Source of the DNA: a bacterium UBP9_UBA1432
GTDB taxonomy: Bacteria; Vulcanimicrobiota; Xenobia; Xenobiales; Xenobiaceae
NCBI GenBank assembly: GCA_002329445.1
Contig: DCTU01000070.1
Location: 13,883-49,900, forward strand
Direction: 5' to 3'
Length of the DNA stretch: 36,018 nucleotides
A model generated the notes under the pieces. That model was not told the DNA's origin, did no database searches, and was given only the letters and a program-made list of their open reading frames with translations. The translations under genes and the position numbers were made by a program. Positions 22,508-30,054 of the stretch are shown piece after piece (position 1 is the stretch's first letter; each line of letters opens with the position of its first letter).

Positions 22508-25498
22508 TCAGCCGACGCTCACCGGGCCGGCTGGCAGCAGCCAGGCATGGTCGGTCAGCACGGCCCAGAGGATCTTCTCGAGCGCCGGGTCGATCTCGGG
22601 GTCGGCCAGTTCGAGATCCACCTCGCGGGTCTGCTCCACCCGCAGGCGGAACCTCTTGCCGCCCAGGTGGAAGAACCCGGGCACGGCGCTCTCCTCGAAC
22701 TCCTTCTCGGTCGAGAAGAGGGTCAACTTCTCGAGGTAGGGGGAGCTGTCGTAGGGGCAGAAGGCCGTGCAGTTCCCGCACTCGTTGCACATCCGGTCGA
22801 TGTGCAGGATCTGGGGACTCTCCAAGCCCTTGACGGTCAGCGACAGGTAGGCCCGGTTGGGACAGACCTGGACGCAGTTCTCGCAGATATCCCCACACTG
22901 CAGGCAGCGCTCAACCTCCCTGGAGCTGTCGTCATACAGCTTCAGGATGCCGTGCTTGGAGTGGCAGTCGCCGGTGCAGCCCGGGACGGAGTGGGGATAG
23001 GGGCCGGCGATGGCGTCGACCACGCGGCGGGCATCGGCGATGGCCTCGACGATGGTGGCCGGACCCAGGTGGGCGTCGCCAGCCACGTAGACCCCGGGGA
23101 TCGAGGTCTCCAACGTCGCCGGGTTGACCTGCACGCGGCCCTTGTCGGTCATGGCCAGGCCGTTGGCCTGGAAGAAGCGGGGATCCACCTTCTCGCCGAC
23201 CGCGGCGATCAGCGTGGTGCAGGGGACCGAGACGGTCTGGTCGGTCTCCAGCGGAGTCCGCCGGCCGCTGGCGTCCGGCGGGCCCAGCTCCATCTTGCGG
23301 CACAGGAGTTGTCCGCTCTCCCAGGAGATCGGGGCCAGGAGCTCCAGGAACTCGACCCCGTCCGCCAGCGCCAGGTGCAGCTCTTCCTCGTCGGCGGGCA
23401 TGAAGCGCCGGGTCCGGCGGTACACCACCCGCGAACGCTGGACTCCCGGGGTCCTCTTGGCGGCCCGGGCGGCGTCCATGGCGGTGTTCCCACCCCCGAT
23501 GACCAGCACGTCGGTTCCCAGATCCTCGAGTGTTCCAGCCCGGTGGCGTTGGAGGAAGTCGATGACGTTGAGGGGCTCGCCCTTCTCCAGGCGCAGGGTT
23601 CCCGGGGCCTGGGCACCCACGGTCAGGACCACGTGCGTGAATCCCTGGCTCTGGAGTTCCTGCACACCGGGGGCCTCCTGGCCGGTCCGCACCTCGACGT
23701 CCATCTTCTGCATGAGGGCTACGTCGCAGTCCACGCTCTGGTCCGGGATGCGGAATTCCGGGACCACGTAACGCACGATGCCGCCCAGGTGCTCCTGCCT
23801 CTCGAAGAGGGTCACCGGGACTCCCTGGCGGCCCAGGAAGAAGGCCGTCGACATTCCGGCCGGCCCTCCGCCCACCACGGCCACCCGATGAGGGGAGGTC
23901 TTGGGGGGAGCGGAGAGCTCGGCCATGAGCGCTTCGAAGCCGGCCTTGGCAGCCTGCAGTTTGACGTTGCGGATGGAGACCGGCTCTTCATAGAAATTGC
24001 GCGTGCACTTGTCCATGCAGCGGTGATTGCAGACCGTTCCGGTCATGAACGGCAAGGGATTCTTCTCGGTGATCAACCGCAGCGAGCCCAGGGCGTCGCC
24101 CTTTCCGAAGAGCTCGATGTACTCCGGGATGTCCTGGCGGATCGGGCAGCCGTGGGTGCAGGGGGCGGTGAAGCAGTCGACCAGGGGCACCTTGGTGTCC
24201 AGTTTGCGCCGGGGGGGCGGTTTGAGGGCCTTGAGGTGCTGGGGATCGTGGAGGGCGTGTTCGGCCAGCCGGGTGACCCGACCCACCGAGACGCCCTGGA
24301 ACGGCGGGATCGCTCGGCTGGACAGGGAGCGGGCCATCTGGGTGAAGCGCTGATAACCGCCGGGTTTGAGCAGGGTGGTGGCCATGGTGACCGGCCAGAT
24401 GCCGGCCGAGACCAGGCCCTCGAGGTTGAAGGCCTCGACGCCGCCCGAGAACGACAGGCGCATCTGGCCATCGAAATCCTCGCTGATGCGGCGGGCCAGC
24501 TCCATGGTCAGCGGGTACAGCGAGCGGCCGCTCATGTACATCTCCTCGCCCGGCAGCTCGCCCCGGGCGATGCCGACCGGGAACGTGTTGGTCAGCTTCA
24601 GTCCGAAGGTCAGGCAGTTCTCGGCGGCCAGATCCTGCAGGCGCCGGAACATGGGCACCGCGTCGCGGTACTGCAGGTCGTCGTTGAAGTGGAAGTCGTC
24701 GAAGACCAGATAGTCGTAGCCCATCTGGTCCATGGTGCGGCGAGCGAAGTCATAGCCCAGCAGCGTCGGGTTGCACTTGACGAAGGTGTGCAGTTTCTTG
24801 GTGTGGAGGAGGTACGCGGCGATCCGCTCGATCTCCTGGGGGGGGCACCCGTGAAGCGTGGACAGCGTGATGGAAGTGCAGACCCGCGGCGAGATGCCCG
24901 CCAGGTAGTCCTCGTCCACCCGCTCGAAGCGGTCCATGTTGGCTCGGGTCCAGGCCAGGCACTCCGCCCAGATGGGGGTGGCGCTGGCGTTCTTGAGCCC
25001 CTCGATGAAGGAGTCGATCTTCTCGGAGGTGATGCCCTCGTAGTTGTAGCCCACGCTCATGTTGAACATGAACCCGTCGGGCTGACCCCAGCCGAACTCG
25101 TGGCTGAGCAGCTTCAGGGCAAACCAGGCCTTGACGTACTCGTCGAAGGCCTCCTGGACGCGCAGCTCGGTGGACCACTCGACGTTGTAGCACTCGTCCT
25201 CGGCCAGGATGCAGGGCTTGGAGACGGGAAGGTCCTCGCCGTCCAGGGTCTGCACGGTCTTGAGCTCGAAGAAGCGCGCTCCGGCGTAGTAGGCAGCCAG
25301 GATGTTCTGGGCCAGTTGGGTGTGGGGGCCCGCCGCGGGTCCGAAGGGCGTCTCGAGGTGCTCGCCAAAGAGGTGCAGCATCTCTTGAGCAGGGGCGACG
25401 AAACCGTGGTGCAGGGCGAAGAAGGTGCCCTTCTTCCTCTCCTCGAGGACCCAGTGCATCAGTTCATGGAACGGGATGGGTGTCATTCGATCGGACAT
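22508..25498 (-). CDS. ygfK: YgfK-type putative selenate reductase/oxidoreductase subunit (DPD-like TIM barrel + GltD-like FAD/NADPH + 2x[4Fe-4S] ferredoxin)
   Basis: Internal ATG (MSDRMTPIPFHELMHWVLEE...) lies 7 nt after GAGGAG. Motifs: VAVVGGGPAGMS, VLVIGGGNTAMDAAR, CFTAPCTHGCP, CLQCGDICENCVQVCP and CNECGNCTAFCP. Length (~996 aa) and order match E. coli YgfK. Confidence 0.85.
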   Translation of the reverse strand: MSDRMTPIPFHELMHWVLEERKKGTFFALHHGFVAPAQEMLHLFGEHLETPFGPAAGPHTQLAQNILAAYYAGARFFELKTVQTLDGEDLPVSKPCILAEDECYNVEWSTELRVQEAFDEYVKAWFALKLLSHEFGWGQPDGFMFNMSVGYNYEGITSEKIDSFIEGLKNASATPIWAECLAWTRANMDRFERVDEDYLAGISPRVCTSITLSTLHGCPPQEIERIAAYLLHTKKLHTFVKCNPTLLGYDFARRTMDQMGYDYLVFDDFHFNDDLQYRDAVPMFRRLQDLAAENCLTFGLKLTNTFPVGIARGELPGEEMYMSGRSLYPLTMELARRISEDFDGQMRLSFSGGVEAFNLEGLVSAGIWPVTMATTLLKPGGYQRFTQMARSLSSRAIPPFQGVSVGRVTRLAEHALHDPQHLKALKPPPRRKLDTKVPLVDCFTAPCTHGCPIRQDIPEYIELFGKGDALGSLRLITEKNPLPFMTGTVCNHRCMDKCTRNFYEEPVSIRNVKLQAAKAGFEALMAELSAPPKTSPHRVAVVGGGPAGMSTAFFLGRQGVPVTLFERQEHLGGIVRYVVPEFRIPDQSVDCDVALMQKMDVEVRTGQEAPGVQELQSQGFTHVVLTVGAQAPGTLRLEKGEPLNVIDFLQRHRAGTLEDLGTDVLVIGGGNTAMDAARAAKRTPGVQRSRVVYRRTRRFMPADEEELHLALADGVEFLELLAPISWESGQLLCRKMELGPPDASGRRTPLETDQTVSVPCTTLIAAVGEKVDPRFFQANGLAMTDKGRVQVNPATLETSIPGVYVAGDAHLGPATIVEAIADARRVVDAIAGPYPHSVPGCTGDCHSKHGILKLYDDSSREVERCLQCGDICENCVQVCPNRAYLSLTVKGLESPQILHIDRMCNECGNCTAFCPYDSSPYLEKLTLFSTEKEFEESAVPGFFHLGGKRFRLRVEQTREVDLELADPEIDPALEKILWAVLTDHAWLLPAGPVSVG

Positions 25499-25509
25499 CA
25501 GGGTTCTCC

Positions 25510-26838
25510 TCAGCCGTTGATGGAATTCCAGAGTTTCCGGGCGCTCTCGCGGCAGCGGGCCATCAGGTCCGCCTCGTCGGTCACCAGGACCTGCCGGTCG
25601 CGCATGAGGACCTTGCCGTTGCACACGGTGCTGGTCACGTGTCGCCCGTTCATGCCGAACAGGATGTGCCCGTTGCAGTTGGCTCCGTTCATCGGCGTGA
25701 GGGGGTCATAGTCGGTCACGATCACGTCGGCACAGGCCCCGGGCTTCAGGACGCCCAGGGGCTTGCTGAAGAAGCGTCCGGCAATCCGAGCGTTGTTCTC
25801 GAAGAGCATGGTCGGGATCTCCGCCCAGGCCACGGTCGGGTCGCACAGGTGGTGCTTGTGGATCAGGTTGCCCACCTTGTAGCTCTCCAGCATGTCCGAG
25901 GTGTAGCCGTCGGTGCCCAGTCCGATCAGGACCCCGGCCTTGAAGAGGTCCAGGACGGGGCCGCAGCCGACCGCGTTGCCCATGTTCGACTCCGGGTTGT
26001 GGACGACCATCGTGTCGGTGGCCTTCAGCAGCTCGATCTCGGCGCGGTTGACGTGGACGCAGTGGATGGCCAGGGTCTTGGGGCCCAGGATGCCGGCATC
26101 GAAGAGGCGATGGACGATGCGCTTGCTGAAGCGCTTGAGCGAATCCTGCAGGTCACCCGGCCCCTCGGCCACGTGGATGTGGTAGCCCGCCTCGCGGCCC
26201 TGGTGTTCGGCGCAGAAGGCCAGGGTCTCGTCGCTCAGGGTGAAGGCGGCGTGCAGGCCCATCATGCCCTTGAGCATGTCGGTCTCATCGGAGGCCGCGC
26301 GTTGGATGAAGCGCTCGTTCTCCAGGACGGCCTCTCTCATCTTGGCCTCGCCGTCGCGGTCCGAGACTTCGTAGCACAGGCAGGTGCGCACCCCGTATTC
26401 CACGGCGGGCCGGGCGATCATGTCCAGCGAGCCGGGGATCTCGTGGTAGGAGGCGTGGTGGTCGAAGACCGTGGTGACGCCGTTCTTGATGCAGTCCAGG
26501 TAGATCGCGCAGGCCGAGAGGTGGTCGTTCTCCAGGGTCAACTGACGGTCGATCTTCCACCACATCCCCTCCAGGATGTCGTTGAAGTTCTTCGGGCTGT
26601 AGCCGTCGATCGACAGGCCCCGGGCAAACGCGCTGTAGATGTGGTTGTGCGCGTTGATCAGGCCCGGCATGATCGTGCCGCCACGGGCGTCCAGGAACTC
26701 TGCGTGGGGGTATTTCTGCCGCATGGCGGCGGTGGTGCCGACCTCCTGGATGAGGTTCCCCTCGATGACGACGGCTCCGTCGTCAAAGAAGGCTCCGTCG
26801 TCACGGGTGATGAGCCTGCCGTTGCCAATCAGTAGCAT
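25510..26838 (-). CDS. ssnA: SsnA-type putative aminohydrolase (amidohydrolase superfamily)
   Basis: ORF track, 442 aa. MLLIGNGRLITRD..., metal motif PGLINAHNHIYS, later HVAEG and GLGTDG. AAGGGG lies 6 nt before the ATG. Ends 11 nt before ygfK. Confidence 0.85.
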   Translation of the reverse strand: MLLIGNGRLITRDDGAFFDDGAVVIEGNLIQEVGTTAAMRQKYPHAEFLDARGGTIMPGLINAHNHIYSAFARGLSIDGYSPKNFNDILEGMWWKIDRQLTLENDHLSACAIYLDCIKNGVTTVFDHHASYHEIPGSLDMIARPAVEYGVRTCLCYEVSDRDGEAKMREAVLENERFIQRAASDETDMLKGMMGLHAAFTLSDETLAFCAEHQGREAGYHIHVAEGPGDLQDSLKRFSKRIVHRLFDAGILGPKTLAIHCVHVNRAEIELLKATDTMVVHNPESNMGNAVGCGPVLDLFKAGVLIGLGTDGYTSDMLESYKVGNLIHKHHLCDPTVAWAEIPTMLFENNARIAGRFFSKPLGVLKPGACADVIVTDYDPLTPMNGANCNGHILFGMNGRHVTSTVCNGKVLMRDRQVLVTDEADLMARCRESARKLWNSING

Positions 26839-27151
26839 GTGTTCGCCCCTTGGATGAAGGTTCGCGTGGCGCGCGAGGTCGCGCAGCCCGGAGCGGGTCG
26901 AAACCCGGCTTCCAGAGTTCCATCGCGGCCCCCTTCCTCCCTGCCTTGGAGTCGCGACCAGGAGGAGGAGACGGGGGCCTCCTCCCCTGGAGGTCGAGGA
27001 AAAACTCCCTGTTCATGGGAATCGTGGCGAAATGGCAACAAAACGCTAGACCGCGCGGGAGCCCCGGGGGATAGGATCCTTGGGGGAGGCCTGCGCGCCC
27101 CTGGTCCAGTTCTTCCGCACCCTCCGGCCTCCCTCGAGAAGGAGAATCCTC

Positions 27152-28216
27152 ATGTCCGACCAGACCAACCCGCAGCGCGAGATCGACAGGCGTCCCATCC
27201 GACGCCTGGAGATCCGCCCGCTCGGCGAGGGCGCCTCTGCGGATCAAGAGCGATTCGAGACCGTCCTGACCGATCCCACCTCGCAATCAGCCGGAGAGCC
27301 GGCGTTGCATGCACCGGCTCCTCTGGATCGGGAGGAAACCGAGTCTCCGGGTGCCGGAAGGGTGCGCCCCCGGGCGGCGCATGACCGCTTCACGACCACG
27401 CTGGCGGTGCTGCTGTTGCTGGGCGTCTCCCTTCTCGGTCTGGTGCTGGTCCGCTCCGCCGGCCTGCCTCCGGGCCAGGAGGCTGTCGAGACCGCCGTCT
27501 CCGGATCCGCTCCAGCACCCCTCGCTCCCGCTGCGTATTCCGTTGCTCCGCTGCCGGTCTATCCGGTGCCCGGGACCTCCTCGGCGTCCTCCTCGGTCTC
27601 GCCCATCCCCATGGCACGACAGCGGCAGGCTCCCCGCCCGGATCCGGCCCCCGCCCGGACCGACTCGGTGGTGCAGACCCCTTCCTCCGTCCTTTCCGAA
27701 GAGTCGTCGGCGCAGGCCCCGGCCGACGACAAGCCGGTCCCTGCGGGAGAGATCGAGCAGGAGACCCCCCCGGCGGTTGAAGCCTTCTCGGCGGATTCCG
27801 AAGCGCAGGCTTCCCAGCCTCAGGCGGCTGCGCCGGCGCCCCGGCAGGTCCAGCCGGGTCAACCCGTTCGCCTGGCCCCGGGGCACTCCGCGTCAGCGGC
27901 TGCGCGGCCTGGAAGGCCGGATGTGGTGATGTCCGCCCTGCAGGAGGCGAAGCCTTCCACGGCTTCAAAGCCTCCGGCCCGGCAGGTGTCTCTCCCGCCT
28001 CGTCCGACCCTGCGCCCCCTCCCGCCGGATTCCCAGGTTCCACGTCAGGTGGCCTCGGCCACGGGCTTGAACGTCCCCTTGCCCTGGACGGTGCAGGCCC
28101 CCGCTCCCTCCCAGGCTGCCGAGAAGAGATCCGGCACCTCGGAGGCACCACGCTCCCTGGCCACCTACCTGGCCAATCCCTGGTTGCTGTTGCCTCCGCT
28201 GCGGGGCGAGCACTGA
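27152..28216 (+). CDS. Hypothetical single-pass membrane protein with long Pro/Ala/Ser-rich low-complexity region
   Basis: ATG lies 7 nt after AAGGAG (27139-27144), with GC3-biased codons. TM: TTTLAVLLLLGVSLLGLVLV. The rest is low complexity, with no recognisable domain. Confidence 0.55.
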   Translation: MSDQTNPQREIDRRPIRRLEIRPLGEGASADQERFETVLTDPTSQSAGEPALHAPAPLDREETESPGAGRVRPRAAHDRFTTTLAVLLLLGVSLLGLVLVRSAGLPPGQEAVETAVSGSAPAPLAPAAYSVAPLPVYPVPGTSSASSSVSPIPMARQRQAPRPDPAPARTDSVVQTPSSVLSEESSAQAPADDKPVPAGEIEQETPPAVEAFSADSEAQASQPQAAAPAPRQVQPGQPVRLAPGHSASAAARPGRPDVVMSALQEAKPSTASKPPARQVSLPPRPTLRPLPPDSQVPRQVASATGLNVPLPWTVQAPAPSQAAEKRSGTSEAPRSLATYLANPWLLLPPLRGEH

Positions 28217-28400
28217 GGGCTTTCCGGACTGAACCGGGGGCCGGTGCTTCTGCCCCGGTTCGGCACGGCGCGTTCGGGCAGGTGGAGCGTTCCTGAAGAA
28301 GGGACTGAGGCCCCGGTCTAGTATCTTCTGCTTTCTGCCCGATGGCCCGACCTGTCAGGAAGCCTGCAGGGAGCGCCGCATGCGACTGGAGGAGACGACG

Positions 28401-29399
28401 ATGGTGAAGTGCGATCACGGCAACGGCACGCAGGGGCGAATCCTGGTTGCGGGGTCCCTGGCCTTCGACTTCATCATGGGGTTCCCGGGTCGCTTCCAGG
28501 AACACATCCTTCCCGAGAAGCTGCACATCATCAACCTCTCGTTCCTGGTCGATCGGATGCGCAAGCAGCGGGGAGGGTGCGCCGGGAACATCGGCTACAC
28601 CCTGGCCCTGTTGGGCGAGAAGCCGCGCCTGGTGGCGGCGGCCGGTGGAGACTTCGGTTCTTATCGCAGCTACCTGGAAGGCTTGGGTGTCGACACCTCG
28701 TGCATCGCGCAGCATCCCGACGAGATGACCGCCACGTGCATGATCACCACTGACAAGTCCAACAACCAGATCACCGGCTTCTACGTCGGGGCCATGGCCC
28801 GGGCCCGGGAGATCAGCCTGAAGGCCTGCGTCACTCCTTCCACCTGCTTCGCCGTGGTGGCGCCGGACGACCCGCCCGCCATGCTTCGCCATGCCTGCGA
28901 GGCCCGCGAGGCGGGCGTCCCGGTCATCTTCGACCCTTCCTTCCAGGTGATCGCCCTGGACGGAGAGGAGCTGATGCGGGGGGCCGACGGGGCCAAGGCC
29001 CTCATCCTCAACGACTATGAGTTCGCGGTCTTCCTGGAGAAGACCGGCCTCACGCTGGACGAGTTGCGTCAGCGCATCGAGCTGGTCGTGGTGACCCTGG
29101 GCGAGAGGGGGAGCCGGATCCATACCCGCGAGGGTCGGGACATCGAGGTGGCCCCCGTGCGGATCCAGCAGGTCGTCGACCCCACCGGTGCCGGGGATGC
29201 CTACCGCGCCGGCTTCGTGCACGGCCTGGTGCGCGGCGAGGATCTGGAGGTCTGCGGGCGCAAGGGCAGCGTGGCCGCAGCCTACGCCATCGAGAACTAC
29301 GGCACCCAGAGCTTCACCTTCACCGTCGAAGAGTTCAACCAGCGCTACTTCGAGAACTACGGGGTCAGGCCGCCGGCGGAGGCCCTGGCCGCCTGCTGA
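28401..29399 (+). CDS. PfkB-family carbohydrate/nucleoside kinase (adenosine-kinase-like)
   Basis: ATG lies 6 nt after GGAGGAG inside the 28380..29399 ORF. Motifs: ILVAGSLAFDFIM, GGCAGNIGYTLALLG, C-terminal DPTGAGDAYRAGF. Confidence 0.85.
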   Translation: MVKCDHGNGTQGRILVAGSLAFDFIMGFPGRFQEHILPEKLHIINLSFLVDRMRKQRGGCAGNIGYTLALLGEKPRLVAAAGGDFGSYRSYLEGLGVDTSCIAQHPDEMTATCMITTDKSNNQITGFYVGAMARAREISLKACVTPSTCFAVVAPDDPPAMLRHACEAREAGVPVIFDPSFQVIALDGEELMRGADGAKALILNDYEFAVFLEKTGLTLDELRQRIELVVVTLGERGSRIHTREGRDIEVAPVRIQQVVDPTGAGDAYRAGFVHGLVRGEDLEVCGRKGSVAAAYAIENYGTQSFTFTVEEFNQRYFENYGVRPPAEALAAC

Positions 29400-29487
29400 G
29401 CGCGCCGGCTTCCCGGCTGAGGCCCGGGGACCAGCCCTCTGGATTCGCGCCCGGCGAGCCACGTCTCGGTCCGCGCCTGCCGCTCCT

Positions 29488-30054
29488 TCAGGGCGGCCCC
29501 GCCAGCATGTTTCGGACCAGGACCACCTGGGAGACCCGGGCCTGCTGGAGGTGAACCGTCAACTCCCCGAAGGCCACCTCCTGGCCGGCTTCTCGGGGGA
29601 CCTGGCGCCAGGTCCAGGAATCTGGGGTCCGTTGTGAAGGTGGACCGAAGAGCCGCTCGACCACCTCGGGCGGGTCTCCAGGACGGATCAGCACCGTTTC
29701 GCCCAGCAAGAGCGGGTGCTGCTCGGCCATGATCGACAGGACCCGCCCGTCCTGGTCCAGGACCACCACGACCATGCCCTCTTGCCCAGGAGTCCGGTAT
29801 TCCAGCGTCTGGAAGGCACCGAGTCGGCTCCGTTCGGTCGGCTCGCCCAGGGTTTCGAGCACGGCGGCCTCGCCCTGCTCCAACCAGACCCCGGCCAGGA
29901 CCAGCGGCGGCGAAGACCGGGCCGACGGGGTGGGCGCGGGCGAGGCGACTTCGGGTATGCGGTCTCCCCACTGCAGGCCCCATCGGGCCAGCAGCGAGAC
30001 CGCCACCAGGACCAGGGCCAACTCCAGGAAGCGGACAAGCCGTCGGGCGTTCAT
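29488..30054 (-). CDS. Small N-terminally anchored hypothetical protein, last gene of the nuclease module
   Basis: Internal ATG (MNARRLVRFLELALVLVAVSLLARW...) of the 29488..31695 ORF, overlapping the upstream stop as ATGA (30051-30054). It has two G-x5-V-x3-(L/F)G-x-P segments (GEAAVLETLGEPT, GDPPEVVERLFGPPS). Confidence 0.6.
   Translation of the reverse strand: MNARRLVRFLELALVLVAVSLLARWGLQWGDRIPEVASPAPTPSARSSPPLVLAGVWLEQGEAAVLETLGEPTERSRLGAFQTLEYRTPGQEGMVVVVLDQDGRVLSIMAEQHPLLLGETVLIRPGDPPEVVERLFGPPSQRTPDSWTWRQVPREAGQEVAFGELTVHLQQARVSQVVLVRNMLAGPP

Noticed and set aside
19486-25711. Two very long plus-strand ORFs (19486..22833, 1115 aa; 22130..25711, 1193 aa).
   Set aside because: They run exactly antisense to the well-supported P-type ATPase and ygfK genes. 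Their translations are Gly/Arg/Asp/His/Gln-rich low-complexity strings with no motifs. These are typical shadow ORFs of GC-rich DNA where stop codons are rare.
27033-27047. Sigma-54-like promoter TGGCAACAAAACGCT upstream of the 27152 gene.
   Set aside because: The GG-to-GC spacing is one nucleotide shorter than the TGGCACG-N4-TTGC consensus, the -12 element is CGCT rather than TTGC, and no enhancer-binding protein gene is nearby.
26839-27151. Purine, ZTP or Moco riboswitch in the ssnA leader, expected from the purine-related function.
   Set aside because: I could not find the conserved junction sequences, for example UAUAAU ... UUUCUACC ... CUAUG of the purine riboswitch, on either strand. 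It is kept only as an unexplained structured leader.
28686-28697. GGTGTCGACACC palindrome as a third operator for the Crp/Fnr-family regulator.
   Set aside because: It lies inside the PfkB coding sequence, has no 4-nt spacer and has no TAGAAT-like box at the right distance. It is probably a chance palindrome around a GTCGAC site.
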